Shown here piece after piece: positions 55,703-64,000 of a stretch of 64,000 bases of DNA. The notes under the pieces were generated by a model. That model saw only the letters and a program-made list of their open reading frames with translations, was not told the origin of the DNA and searched no databases. Made by a program: the position numbers and the translations under genes. Each line of letters opens with the position of its first letter. Within the stretch, counting starts at the first letter, position 1. Origin of the DNA: Candidatus Pacearchaeota archaeon (GTDB lineage: Archaea > Nanobdellota > Nanobdellia > Pacearchaeales > GW2011-AR1); contig JAFCDU010000001.1 in assembly GCA_017609535.1 (NCBI GenBank), positions 4,782 to 68,781 of the forward strand, in the 5' to 3' direction.

Positions 55703-56493
55703 AGTTTAACCTCCTCAAGTTTCTTCAAAGCTTTCAGGCATGCCTTGACAGTATTGATGGTTGTTTTAGTTGGCCCAAATGTTTTGGTGTAAATATCTTT
55801 AATTCCAGCTAATCTTAAAATTTTCTTTAATTCATCTCCTGCAACCAGGCCGGTTCCTTGAGGTGCAGGCATTAATTTTACCTTAACCGCAGAATTTTTC
55901 CCCTCAACACTCATTGGAATGCTGTGCAATTCATCACATGAACAATCATAACTGCCGCAACCACGTATAACCTTAAAAATATTCAATTTTGCTTTTCTAA
56001 TTGCCTTTTCTCTTGCAGGCAATGTTTCCTTTGCACGCCCGGTTCCAATTCCAATATATCCATTTTCATCGCCGACAACGGCCATTACAGAGAAAGTTAC
56101 AACAGTTCCTTCTTCTCTTTTTTTCTGTGTTTGTTTAAATGCTCTTCTCTTGCCGCCGCCAAACTTCCCTTTTGATTGTCCAATATTAAGCAATTCTGTC
56201 TTCAAATTCAAAAGTTTATCAACAATTTCAGCTTCTAAAATCTTTTTATTTGATTTAAAAATTTCTTCAATATTAGTTATCCTTCCAGCGAGAACATCCT
56301 TTCCAAGCTGAGTTTTTGGAACCCATCTTTCCAGCCTCTCCCGAGTATCCCGTTCCTCCATAGTTTCTTCTTTAACCTGCGCCCCCTCTTTTTCCATCTC
56401 CTTGTCAATCTCTTTTGAAACCTCCTCATCTTCATCAATCCCCGCAATCTCTTCTTCTGGTTCTGTTTCTTTCTTTCTTTTTGTTTCACTCAT
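55699..56493 (-). CDS. rps5: 30S ribosomal protein S5 (uS5) with about 60-aa acidic N-terminal extension
   Basis: The S5 dsRBD and C-terminal domain (VVGDENGYIGIGTGRAKE) follow a Glu/Lys-rich leader. Confidence 0.85.
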   Translation of the reverse strand: MSETKRKKETEPEEEIAGIDEDEEVSKEIDKEMEKEGAQVKEETMEERDTRERLERWVPKTQLGKDVLAGRITNIEEIFKSNKKILEAEIVDKLLNLKTELLNIGQSKGKFGGGKRRAFKQTQKKREEGTVVTFSVMAVVGDENGYIGIGTGRAKETLPAREKAIRKAKLNIFKVIRGCGSYDCSCDELHSIPMSVEGKNSAVKVKLMPAPQGTGLVAGDELKKILRLAGIKDIYTKTFGPTKTTINTVKACLKALKKLEEVKL

Positions 56494-56975
56494 TTTAATT
56501 TCTCCATAATTTTATTTATTACAGATTTGTCAATCTTTAAATGTTCTCCGTTAATTCTCTCTTGTGAAGGAAAAACCTCCTCAGCAACATTAATCTTAAC
56601 ACCGCCATCAACAAGCCCCTTAGCAACAGCATAAATCCTCCCGCCTTTCTTATGAATTGCCATACCAATATCCAAAATAAATTCATCATCAATTTTCTTT
56701 TCTCTTAATTTTTTCGCAGTCAAGAGTCCAGTTAAATAACCAGCGGGGATTGATTTCAAGCTCCCATTACCTGTCCAGCCGAACTTTAATAATTCTTTTG
56801 AAGTTAAACCAACTAAGATTCTATCTTTAGCATTCTCGCTTGCAACTGCTTGGACAATTAAATACCGATTTGTCTTTCTAACAACAATTCTTTTTTTTCC
56901 AGATTTTAAAAGCCCAAGTCTAAGTTTATAATCTGTTTTCTTTTCTCGTCTTCTCTTAAAGTTTACTTTTTTCAT
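56490..56975 (-). CDS. rpl18: 50S ribosomal protein L18 (uL18)
   Basis: Operon position. RLGLLKSGKKRIVVRKTNRYLIVQ. Confidence 0.85.
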   Translation of the reverse strand: MKKVNFKRRREKKTDYKLRLGLLKSGKKRIVVRKTNRYLIVQAVASENAKDRILVGLTSKELLKFGWTGNGSLKSIPAGYLTGLLTAKKLREKKIDDEFILDIGMAIHKKGGRIYAVAKGLVDGGVKINVAEEVFPSQERINGEHLKIDKSVINKIMEKLK

Positions 56976-56976
56976 T

Positions 56977-57378
56977 TTACAATTCTTCTAAACTTTCATT
57001 TAAATGGCGATTGCTTCTAAACTTTCTTCCTTTAATCATCATACGAATCCTTCTATACTTTTCTTTGTCAATTTTCTTCTGAAATAATAACTCCTTCGCC
57101 GCCTTTCGCAATTTTCTTGTCAATTTAACATAATCCTGTTTTCTTTTCTTTACCTTTTTCCTAACACTTCCTGTCTTTCTTCTATGTTTTCTCTTAACAT
57201 TCTTTTTTCTTCCAGCAACATCTTTTATCTTAATAGCGCCGAGATTATGCAAATCCAAAATGTCTTGTCGTGTAATTGCTTCCTTGATTTCGTCTTCTCT
57301 TTCAGCACTAAAAACAATCCGATTCTTTCCGACCTTCAAAACTTTTGCAGCAAGTTCCTTCTTTTTAGTCAATTGCAT
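56977..57378 (-). CDS. rpl19e: 50S ribosomal protein L19e (eL19)
   Basis: MQLTKKKELAAKVLKVGKNRI N-terminus. Operon position. Confidence 0.85.
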   Translation of the reverse strand: MQLTKKKELAAKVLKVGKNRIVFSAEREDEIKEAITRQDILDLHNLGAIKIKDVAGRKKNVKRKHRRKTGSVRKKVKKRKQDYVKLTRKLRKAAKELLFQKKIDKEKYRRIRMMIKGRKFRSNRHLNESLEEL

Positions 57379-57724
57379 TTGTTTCCTCCTTATATTTGTT
57401 TAAAATTTCTAATTTCATTTCACCTGCTTTCTTAATTATCTCCAATCTCTTTTTCTTCCCAATATTTCCAATAACAATTCCTTTTGTCTTCACTTTCTCT
57501 AAATCTTTCAAATTCTCAACTCTCACAAAATCAATTCCCTTAATTTTTCCTTTATCTTTTTTGGGATTTCCATATCCAATTCTTGGAATTGCAGCATATC
57601 CCTTCTTCTTCAATCGTCTTTGATTATCCCCGCCATAAGCCCGCCTCCATTTCAATTTTTTCTTAGTTCTAAATTTCTTTATTTTATTCCATGCACTTCG
57701 GTAAAATTTTGGTTTCTTGTTCAT
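57365..57724 (-). CDS. rpl32e: 50S ribosomal protein L32e (eL32)
   Basis: The start is revised to the ATG at 57724 (MNKKPKFYRS), preceded by an AGGAGGA RBS. The ORF track extended it to TTG 57748. Confidence 0.8.
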   Translation of the reverse strand: MNKKPKFYRSAWNKIKKFRTKKKLKWRRAYGGDNQRRLKKKGYAAIPRIGYGNPKKDKGKIKGIDFVRVENLKDLEKVKTKGIVIGNIGKKKRLEIIKKAGEMKLEILNKYKEETNAID

Positions 57725-57744
57725 CAGATAGTCCTCCTGATTTT

Positions 57745-57866
57745 TCAATTATCCTTTAAATATTTTCTAACATTCCTCTTGCCAAGATTTAATTTTCTAG
57801 CCATCATGCTTGTTCCATATCCTTCTTTATATAGATTTATTATTTGTTTTTCAATATTTAAATCAA
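57745..57866 (-). CDS. 40-aa resolvase-type HTH mini-protein inserted between L6 and L32e
   Basis: MNKVDLNIEKQIINLYKEGYGTSMMARKLNLGKRNVRKYLKDN. A GGAGAT RBS lies 7 nt upstream. It resembles the C-terminal HTH_7 of serine recombinases and is not in the ORF track. Confidence 0.4.
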
Positions 57867-57877
57867 CTTTATTCATT

Positions 57878-58438
57878 TTAAATCTCCTTACCAGCGCGGC
57901 TAACTATGTAAATGCCATCCTGGTAGATTCTTCTATCTTTTCCTTTCAGGTTTGTCGCCTTTTCTATATTAGCAGCGGTCTGTCCTGCAGATTCTTTTTC
58001 ATGAGAACTCACAATAATTTGATTTCCTTTAACTTCAACCTTAACTTTTGGAAGAACCTTCGCAATTCTTTCAATTTTCTCTCCTAAAAAATTCTTAATA
58101 ATAATTTTGTCTCCTTCAACTTTTACATTCATAGGAAAATGAACATTAACAATTTCAAGTTTGTAAATAAAATCTTCTTTAATTCCAGAAATCATATTTT
58201 TAATATGAGAACTCACCGTTCCAATCATCTTGCCTTCGCGTTTAGTCGCCTTTTTTGCAAAAACTTTAATCATATTATCTGTTTTCTCAATTTTAAAATT
58301 CTTCAAATCAAACTTCCTTTTTGCTTCTTTTCCATTTCCTTTTACAATAACTTCTCCCTCATTAACAGAAACTTCAACTCCTTCAGGGATTTCAATAATC
58401 TTTTCAATATCTTGTTTCATTTTAATAGAAATAAGCAA
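57878..58438 (-). CDS. rpl6: 50S ribosomal protein L6 (uL6)
   Basis: 186 aa with two L6 repeats. Operon position. Confidence 0.9.
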   Translation of the reverse strand: MLISIKMKQDIEKIIEIPEGVEVSVNEGEVIVKGNGKEAKRKFDLKNFKIEKTDNMIKVFAKKATKREGKMIGTVSSHIKNMISGIKEDFIYKLEIVNVHFPMNVKVEGDKIIIKNFLGEKIERIAKVLPKVKVEVKGNQIIVSSHEKESAGQTAANIEKATNLKGKDRRIYQDGIYIVSRAGKEI

Positions 58439-58820
58439 TTAAAGCCCCTCCGAGTTTATTTTCTTCAGCATCATGATGGCTCATCAACCCTTTATTTGTG
58501 GAAACAACTAAAACTCCAAAATTCCTCGATGGCAGATATCTTCTAAGATATTTTTCAATTTTATCTCTCTTAACATAATATCTCGGCTTAATAGCCTTGC
58601 ATTCATTTAATTTCAGTAAGGTAATCTTCGCAACAGGTTGTTTATCCCCTTCAATTTTAAAATCTATCATTCCATCTGTCTTCATCATTTTAAGAAGCCC
58701 AATTAAAACTTTTGAGATTTGTTTAATCTCTACTTCATTCTTTCCTGCCTTTTTTGCATTCATGATTTCATTCAATGCATTTGATACGATATCTTGTTTC
58801 ATTTTAACTATATTTTTCAA
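58422..58820 (-). CDS. rps8: 30S ribosomal protein S8 (uS8)
   Basis: Operon position. C-terminal GGALIAYFY. Confidence 0.9.
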   Translation of the reverse strand: MKNIVKMKQDIVSNALNEIMNAKKAGKNEVEIKQISKVLIGLLKMMKTDGMIDFKIEGDKQPVAKITLLKLNECKAIKPRYYVKRDKIEKYLRRYLPSRNFGVLVVSTNKGLMSHHDAEENKLGGALIAYFY

Positions 58821-59034
58821 ACCCTAATTCAACAGCCAAGTTCCTAAAGCAATGTCTGCATAAGTTTAGTCCATATTGCCCGACTCTTGCTCCGAATCTT
58901 CCACAGTTTTCGCATTTCTTAGCAGCAATGCCAAACTTCCTTTCTTTCGGCTTGTTATGTTTCAAAAACTTTTTCCAAATAGCCGGCTTTGCTTTCAGTT
59001 GCTTTCTCATTTTCTTCCAGTCGCTTGCAGTCAT
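58804..59034 (-). CDS. rps14: 30S ribosomal protein S14 type Z (uS14)
   Basis: [22 protein letters not shown] zinc-binding motif. Confidence 0.85.
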   Translation of the reverse strand: MTASDWKKMRKQLKAKPAIWKKFLKHNKPKERKFGIAAKKCENCGRFGARVGQYGLNLCRHCFRNLAVELGFEKYS

Positions 59035-59567
59035 TTTTTCTTCTTTAAGATTTGGGTTTTAAATTTATTTATCATAATATCTTCAATTTCCTCTTTGCTT
59101 ACATCCTGCCTTCTCATTTTCCCCCTTTTTATCTTCTTCCTCTCAACCCTCTTTCCAGCCCTGGCAAAAACAATTGTAACTTCAAACCCCATAATCCCAA
59201 CCTCTCGAATATATTCAACGCCAGGAATTTCAATATATTCATGAATCCCAAATGAAACAAAATTATCTTTAATTTGTTTTTCTTTTAAAGTATTATTAAT
59301 CGCAGGCAAAACTTTCTTAATAAAATCTTCAGCTTCCTTTCCTCTTAATGTAACCTTCGTGCCGACTTCCAGTCCTGGACGTACGCCCCATGCAGGAATT
59401 CTTTTTGTTGCCTTAATTTTAACCGGCTGTTTTCCCGTCAATGTTTTCAGTAATATAACTCCTTTCTCAAGTTTCTCTCCAGTCCCGCCTACATTCAAGA
59501 CAACCTTTTCAATCATAATTTTTCTCATTATATTTTCTTGTTTTGGTTTTTCAAGTTTTTGTTCCAT
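59031..59567 (-). CDS. rpl5: 50S ribosomal protein L5 (uL5)
   Basis: Operon position. [13 protein letters not shown]. Confidence 0.9.
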   Translation of the reverse strand: MEQKLEKPKQENIMRKIMIEKVVLNVGGTGEKLEKGVILLKTLTGKQPVKIKATKRIPAWGVRPGLEVGTKVTLRGKEAEDFIKKVLPAINNTLKEKQIKDNFVSFGIHEYIEIPGVEYIREVGIMGFEVTIVFARAGKRVERKKIKRGKMRRQDVSKEEIEDIMINKFKTQILKKKK

Positions 59568-60226
59568 TATTCAATCACCAAAATTGTTTTCAAAGGAAGT
59601 TCAACTTCCTTCTCCTTTAATTTAATAATGTATCTTTTCTCCCTCATAAGTGTTTTAATCTCTTTAACCTGTCCTCTCTCACCAGCATGCTTTCCAGACA
59701 TAATCTCAACATTAGCACCCTCTTTAAGAGGAAGAATATTCTCAATTGTTCCTTTTTTTGTATTTACAACAACAGAATCTCCAAGTCCGAATTTTTCCTT
59801 TGTGATAAAATTCTGCCCATCTTCAAGATTCATCTGAACTCCATTCGATAAAATTTTCTTTCCAATAATTTTTACAATCTTCTTTTCAGCATCCTTCCCA
59901 GACACCTCTTTCAAGATAAATTTCTTATTTTCAATCTCAACTCTATAATTCTTTCCTATTTTCTCCAACCCAATAACATCAAAAACCTGTAATGGAAATT
60001 TTTCATTTTTCCTTATTTTATTATTAATCTTAACTTCTCCATTCAAACACATAAATCTTGCTTCTTTCCTTGTTCTCGCAATTCCAAGCATCTCCCGCAA
60101 AACAAAAACTAATGGAATGCTCTTGCTCTTCGCATGACTGGCTACAGCTAAATATTTTGTCCCTTTCCGTGCAATCGGCCAGGTTTTAAGCATTGTTTGT
60201 CTCTTCTGATGCATTTTTCCCTCCAA
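59567..60226 (-). CDS. rps4e: 30S ribosomal protein S4e (eS4)
   Basis: HQKRQTMLKTWPIARKG N-terminus and C-terminal KOW region. The true start may be ATG 60214. Confidence 0.85.
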   Translation of the reverse strand: MEGKMHQKRQTMLKTWPIARKGTKYLAVASHAKSKSIPLVFVLREMLGIARTRKEARFMCLNGEVKINNKIRKNEKFPLQVFDVIGLEKIGKNYRVEIENKKFILKEVSGKDAEKKIVKIIGKKILSNGVQMNLEDGQNFITKEKFGLGDSVVVNTKKGTIENILPLKEGANVEIMSGKHAGERGQVKEIKTLMREKRYIIKLKEKEVELPLKTILVIE

Positions 60227-60437
60227 ATATTTTTTCTAATTTATTGATAACTTCCTTGCTCTCTCTGCGATTTTCTCTTTCCAACTTTTCCAACAATTCT
60301 TCAGAATACATTTCTGATAAATCCCCGCCCCTCTTCAATTGATGCCCGTAACCGCAGGTGCAAATCCCGTCTTCAGGCATTCCATTCATTAAGGACGAAT
60401 AGATGCTGCAGTCCCCATCATGTCTTGTTTTTCTCAT
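60186..60437 (-). CDS. Unassigned 83-aa small protein encoded between L24 and S4e (Cys-X16-Cys-X-Cys-X3-His motif)
   Basis: MRKTRHDGDCSIYSSLMNGMPEDGICTCGYGHQLKRGGDLSEMYSEELLEKLERENRRESKEVINKLEKIFGGKNASEETNNA. A GGAGGG RBS lies 4 nt upstream of the ATG. It fills the 190-nt gap between two ribosomal protein genes and slightly overlaps both. Confidence 0.4.
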   Translation of the reverse strand: MRKTRHDGDCSIYSSLMNGMPEDGICTCGYGHQLKRGGDLSEMYSEELLEKLERENRRESKEVINKLEKIFGGKNASEETNNA

Positions 60438-60858
60438 TCTTCCCTCCAGATTTATCCTTCTTATCTTTACTTGATTTATCTTCACTTTTCTTAATTCGTT
60501 TAAATCTCCTTTCATCTTCTAAATTTAATGCAGTTATCATCAATTTTGAGGGATGAAACCAAACAGCAACTTTGCTTCCATCTTTCTTGCTTCTTTGGAT
60601 TCCTTCAATAGAAACCTTCATTTTTTTCATATTTATGCTCGCAACTTTCCCTGTTTTTTTCTTAAACTCCCCTCTCATCACAACAACAGAATCCCCTTTC
60701 CTAATTTCAGCATTCCTTCCATATCTTTCCCTCAACTCCTTGCTCAAAATAGCAGACATCATCTTTCTCTTCAAGTGCAACGGAGCATTTGCTGTGTATT
60801 TCCTTTTCTTTCTTGGTTGTTTGCTTTCTTTCCATTTAGTTGAAAACTTTTGTTTCAT
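60418..60858 (-). CDS. rpl24: 50S ribosomal protein L24 (uL24) with Lys-rich C-terminal tail
   Basis: KQPRKKRKYTANAPLHLKRKMMSAILSKELRERYG...GDSVVVMRGEFKKKTGKV. Start taken at the internal ATG next to L14. The ORF-track start 60963 overlaps L14. Confidence 0.85.
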   Translation of the reverse strand: MKQKFSTKWKESKQPRKKRKYTANAPLHLKRKMMSAILSKELRERYGRNAEIRKGDSVVVMRGEFKKKTGKVASINMKKMKVSIEGIQRSKKDGSKVAVWFHPSKLMITALNLEDERRFKRIKKSEDKSSKDKKDKSGGKNEKNKT

Positions 60859-60859
60859 T

Positions 60860-61261
60860 TTAATACACAACTGACGCCAGCTTTGCAACCTCCTTCCATC
60901 TTTCCTGAACTTCCCTTGCAATAGGCCCTTTAATTTGCGTCCCTTTAGGATTTCCTTTTTCATCTTTCAAAAGCACAACAGCATTATCACTAAAACAAAC
61001 CCTCTCGCCTGTTTTCCTTCTCCATGGCTGTTTCTGTCTTACAATAACTGCATCAAAAACTTCTCCTTTCATCTTCGGATTCCCAGAACGAACAGAAACT
61101 TTAACCCAGTCTGCAACCCTTGCAGGAATCTGTCTTCCTTTTCTTGTCTTTTGTTTTTTTACAGCAACAATTTTAACAATCCTCGCTCCGCTATTATCAC
61201 ACGCTTCCATTTGGCTGCCAATATTCAATCCTCTGCTCACTTTAGCGCTAATTGCTTTCAT
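60860..61261 (-). CDS. rpl14: 50S ribosomal protein L14 (uL14)
   Basis: MKAISAKVSRGLNIGSQMEACDNSGARIVKIV N-terminus. Confidence 0.9.
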   Translation of the reverse strand: MKAISAKVSRGLNIGSQMEACDNSGARIVKIVAVKKQKTRKGRQIPARVADWVKVSVRSGNPKMKGEVFDAVIVRQKQPWRRKTGERVCFSDNAVVLLKDEKGNPKGTQIKGPIAREVQERWKEVAKLASVVY

Positions 61262-61347
61262 TTTTAACCTGATAAAATTTTAGTTCTTCTTTAAGATTTA
61301 TCAAATGAGGGAGATTATCCCGCTTTAATTTCAGATATTCTGTTAAA

Positions 61348-61695
61348 TTATTCATCGCTCCCTCCTGAAGTTTTATCAATTACAACAAAATGAATCATCT
61401 TACTAATTGGCCTGCATTCAGCAATTCTTATTGTATCTCCGACATCAATCTTGTCTTTTAGGCAGTCCGGCAACCGAGCATGAATTTTTGTTTTTCTCTT
61501 TTCATATCTTTCATACTTTCTAACATAGAACATTCTTTCAAAACTGATGACTGCCCTTTTAGGAAACTTTTTAATAACTTCGCCTTGAAAAATCCTGCCT
61601 CTTAATTTCAAAGGTTTCTCTCCATGTTTAGGACAAAATTTATCCGCACAGCTAACTTTTTCTTCTCTTGCTACTTCTTTCACTTTCTTTGCCAT
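61348..61695 (-). CDS. rps17: 30S ribosomal protein S17 (uS17)
   Basis: Operon position. OB-fold VIDKTS... Confidence 0.85.
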   Translation of the reverse strand: MAKKVKEVAREEKVSCADKFCPKHGEKPLKLRGRIFQGEVIKKFPKRAVISFERMFYVRKYERYEKRKTKIHARLPDCLKDKIDVGDTIRIAECRPISKMIHFVVIDKTSGGSDE

Positions 61696-61708
61696 TTTTT
61701 GTGTTTGT

Positions 61709-62002
61709 TTAATCCTTTATTTGTTCATCACTAAAACCTGCTTCAATTAAAACAGGCCTGACCTTGTCTTTGTGATTCCCTTGAAGTTCTATGACTCCGT
61801 CCTTAACCGTTCCCCCGCACGCCAACTCGTTCTTCAGTTTTTTAGCAATCTCCTTGACATCTCCTTCCAATCCAGTAATCAAGGTGGTTATCTTACCGAA
61901 CCTTCGTTTCTCTGTCTTCACTTCAATCTGCTGGTCTTTTTTTGCAATTTCTTTGCAAACACATGCCTCTATAGGCAAACCGCAATTGGGACATATAGTC
62001 AT
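61709..62002 (-). CDS. Translation initiation factor SUI1 (aSUI1/eIF1 family)
   Basis: 97 aa. N-terminal CPNCG...C zinc knuckle plus SUI1 domain (RRFGKITTLITGLEG...CGGTVKDGVIELQGNH). Start overlaps the L29 stop (ATGA). Confidence 0.75.
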   Translation of the reverse strand: MTICPNCGLPIEACVCKEIAKKDQQIEVKTEKRRFGKITTLITGLEGDVKEIAKKLKNELACGGTVKDGVIELQGNHKDKVRPVLIEAGFSDEQIKD

Positions 62003-62148
62003 TGTTTATTTTCTTCTCCAAGTTTATTTTGGAGTGTAATAATCTTCGCAATCTTCCTTTTAATAGTTGTCCTTTTCATTGGTTGTTTCAAATATTCAAT
62101 TTTTAATTCTTTAATTTTATCTTTTTCCTTATCTTTTTCTTCTGCCAT
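61999..62148 (-). CDS. rpl29: 50S ribosomal protein L29 (uL29), short 49-aa form
   Basis: MAEEKDKEKDKIKELKIEYLKQPMKRTTIKRKIAKIITLQNKLGEENKQ. Its ATG overlaps the S3 stop (TAATG). It sits in the expected position between S3 and SUI1 and is not in the ORF track. Confidence 0.5.
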   Translation of the reverse strand: MAEEKDKEKDKIKELKIEYLKQPMKRTTIKRKIAKIITLQNKLGEENKQ

Positions 62149-62822
62149 TATTTGCTCCTCCTATTAGGTTTGGTTTCTAATTTAGATTCTTCTTCAAAAG
62201 CAATATTTTTTTTGATTTCAGTCAAAATATCTTCATTCAAATTAATCTTGTCATGAATCTTTTTTTCAGGAGCCAAAATTGCAACCTTGACCCCGACAAT
62301 ACCAGATTTTGTTTCAGCAACACTCTCTGCCCTGTCAACAATCTTTGAAGCATGCCCAGTTTTCTTTAAATAACCAAATGCAAATCTCCAAGCCCTTGCT
62401 CTATCACTTGGCAGTTTCCCAGATAATCTTAATTCAGCACCCAAAGCCCCCGCTTTTTCAATCCTTGTCAAAACTTTATAGGCAATTGCTTTAAATCTCA
62501 TTGAACCAAATCTTTCCAAAGATAATGCAATTTCATCTGCAACTAATTGAGCATCAAATTCAGGTTGCATAATTTCTTCAATATCAATATGAGGGTTTTC
62601 CATCTTAAATTTTTTCTTAAGAATTTCTGTCAATTCAGCAACTTTCTCCCCGCGCTTTCCAATAACAATTCCTGGTTTGTGAGTTGCAACTATGATTTTC
62701 TCACCGACAGGAGTGTAATCTATCTTAACAGATGAAATTCTGCCTTTTCCAAATGTACGTTTGACGAATTCCTTAATAGCATATTCATTCTTTCGAACTT
62801 GTATAAATTTTCTTTCTTCCAT
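62148..62822 (-). CDS. rps3: 30S ribosomal protein S3 (uS3)
   Basis: KH domain plus S3 C-terminal domain. Operon position. Confidence 0.9.
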   Translation of the reverse strand: MEERKFIQVRKNEYAIKEFVKRTFGKGRISSVKIDYTPVGEKIIVATHKPGIVIGKRGEKVAELTEILKKKFKMENPHIDIEEIMQPEFDAQLVADEIALSLERFGSMRFKAIAYKVLTRIEKAGALGAELRLSGKLPSDRARAWRFAFGYLKKTGHASKIVDRAESVAETKSGIVGVKVAILAPEKKIHDKINLNEDILTEIKKNIAFEEESKLETKPNRRSK

Positions 62823-63397
62823 TATTTCTTTTTTCTTATTTTAGTTTTATCTTTAACTTCAATATAAACATGACACCTTTTTGCCCTTCGTCTATTTCTC
62901 TTAAATGGCATAGATGCTTTATTTGCCTTTGCAATCACAATAACAGGATTTTCAACCATACTAACATTTGCATTTGCACCGACCTGCTTTAATAGATTAA
63001 TAATTTCCAAAGATGCTTTTCTTGGGAACCTTCCGCCGGCCATTCCCTTTCCTTTTCGATGCCCGACTTCTAATGTTGGCATAGGTACAGCCCTTTTGCC
63101 ATTGACAACTTCCGTTAACATTTCAATAGCTTTTTCAGGAGTCTTTCCCTTAATCATTCGGCAAATCCATTTACAATGCTTCAAGCTTAAACGCATAGAA
63201 TTTCCATTTACAAATGCCTTCTCCTTTGGTTTAATCTCAACTTTTGCAGGTTTCTTTTTCTCTTTATTCTCGTTTTCTCCTCTCTTTGAAATTTCCTTTT
63301 CTTTATTTTTCAGATTAACATTTACATCGGTCTTTTCAATTTTTCTTTGATTCAATTTCTTTTCCCTTGCACTTGGGGAATATTCTTTTTCAGTCAT
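62822..63397 (-). CDS. rpl22: 50S ribosomal protein L22 (uL22) with about 50-aa Lys-rich N-terminal extension
   Basis: L22 core LKHCKWICRMIKGKTPEKAIEML... Confidence 0.85.
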   Translation of the reverse strand: MTEKEYSPSAREKKLNQRKIEKTDVNVNLKNKEKEISKRGENENKEKKKPAKVEIKPKEKAFVNGNSMRLSLKHCKWICRMIKGKTPEKAIEMLTEVVNGKRAVPMPTLEVGHRKGKGMAGGRFPRKASLEIINLLKQVGANANVSMVENPVIVIAKANKASMPFKRNRRRAKRCHVYIEVKDKTKIRKKK

Positions 63398-63398
63398 T

Positions 63399-63803
63399 CT
63401 ATTTCACACTTAAAGCAGCACTTGATTTAGTTGCCCCAACACCCGCCGCCCCGTGCTTTACCCCCTTCCTGGTCATTGAGAATTCTCCTAACCTATGTCC
63501 AAGCATCTCAATTGAGATTTTCACAGGTACAAAGTTATTTCCATTATGAACATGAATTGTCCAGCCAACAAATGCAGGCACAATAACAATTTCTCTTAGA
63601 TGAGTTTTTATTGCTTTTCCTTTTGCAATTTTCTTCTCACTTCTTCTGATAAAATCCTCAATAACATTAAAATTTCTCATCACAAATCTTCTGGGCCTTG
63701 ATTTTAAAAATTTCGCAAACTCTCTTACATCTAACTTTTTCAATTCCTCCAAACTTTTCCCTCTGAATAATCTTTCTTTTCCAGAAACTACTACTTTGCT
63801 CAT
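63399..63803 (-). CDS. rps19: 30S ribosomal protein S19 (uS19)
   Basis: IVPAFVGWTIHVHNGNNFVPVKI signature. Confidence 0.9.
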   Translation of the reverse strand: MSKVVVSGKERLFRGKSLEELKKLDVREFAKFLKSRPRRFVMRNFNVIEDFIRRSEKKIAKGKAIKTHLREIVIVPAFVGWTIHVHNGNNFVPVKISIEMLGHRLGEFSMTRKGVKHGAAGVGATKSSAALSVK

Positions 63804-64000
63804 CGTTTCTTCCTCCCAGTCCTTCTCGGTCTTAACAATCCAACTTTTCTTCCAGCAGGTGCATTTCTCTTTGCAATCTTGCTTTTAATTCTCTTTCCCC
63901 TCCCGCCTCCAAATGGATGGTCAATCGCATTAACTTTAACCGGCGAAGTTCTAGGCCATAACTTGGATTTAGTTTTCATTATATAATATTTCTTTCCAGC
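63800..64000 (-). CDS. rpl2: 50S ribosomal protein L2 (uL2), C-terminal 66 codons (gene starts beyond window end)
   Basis: Reverse translation gives ...VNAIDHPFGGGRGKRIKSKIAKRNAPAGRKVGLLRPRRTGRKKR*. HPFGGG is the L2 hallmark. Its stop overlaps the S19 start. Confidence 0.85.
   Translation of the reverse strand, partial: AGKKYYIMKTKSKLWPRTSPVKVNAIDHPFGGGRGKRIKSKIAKRNAPAGRKVGLLRPRRTGRKKR

Noticed and set aside
54958-63549. Numerous plus-strand ORFs across the ribosomal protein operon (for example 57620-58087, 58139-58546, 58876-59244, 60553-60874, 60935-61267, 61772-62167, 63096-63350)
   Set aside because: All are antisense to highly conserved ribosomal protein genes, and their composition is that of antisense Lys-rich coding DNA.

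Overview
This 64-kb window comes from an AT-rich, gene-dense archaeal chromosome. It has archaeal-type ribosomal protein operons, Orc1/Cdc6 next to PolD, AglB, intron-containing tRNAs and small proteins with overlapping stop/start codons, so a DPANN-like archaeon is plausible. Nothing here could be confirmed by search; all calls rest on reading the sequence and ORF translations.

Layout, left to right:
- An operon on the minus strand encodes PolD large subunit (5' part only, runs off the window), PolD small subunit and Orc1/Cdc6. Upstream of orc1 is a 760-bp repeat-rich non-coding region that is a candidate replication origin.
- A PRC-barrel gene and tRNA-Ser follow.
- An Lhr-type helicase gene overlaps a metallophosphoesterase gene (Lhr-MPE pair).
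- A roughly 5-kb island looks like an integrated mobile element. It carries small HTH proteins, a serine recombinase, a second catalytic-domain-less recombinase-domain protein, several repeat families and candidate recombination sites. A PRTase-fold orphan sits at its edge.
- A ribosomal protein / RNA polymerase block follows (S9, L13, L18e, tRNA-Leu, RpoD, S11, S4, S13, a DUF655 protein, a putative RpoF, L21e).
- A MacB-like ABC exporter is followed by RpoN.
- A stable-RNA cluster holds tRNA-Leu(CAA) with an intron, two tandem structured RNA elements supported by covariation, 5S rRNA, tRNA-Arg, and tRNA-Gly with an intron.
- SecF and SecD follow, separated by a tandemly duplicated 57-bp hairpin element.
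- A roughly 25-kb glycan / N-glycosylation island (about 26.6-51.7 kb) carries AglB, AglH, GT2/GT4/GT-C glycosyltransferases and a GT6-like glycosyltransferase. It also carries flippases, a pyruvyl transferase, two polysaccharide deacetylases, several methyltransferases, a B12-binding radical-SAM enzyme plus a truncated B12-domain paralog, and two methyltransferase pseudogenes.
- An eIF-2B-like protein and RNase HI follow.
- On the minus strand, a DUF106 protein and SecY precede the spc/S10-type ribosomal protein operon from L15 through to L2 (3' end only). This operon contains two small non-ribosomal ORFs and a short L29 gene missed by the ORF track.
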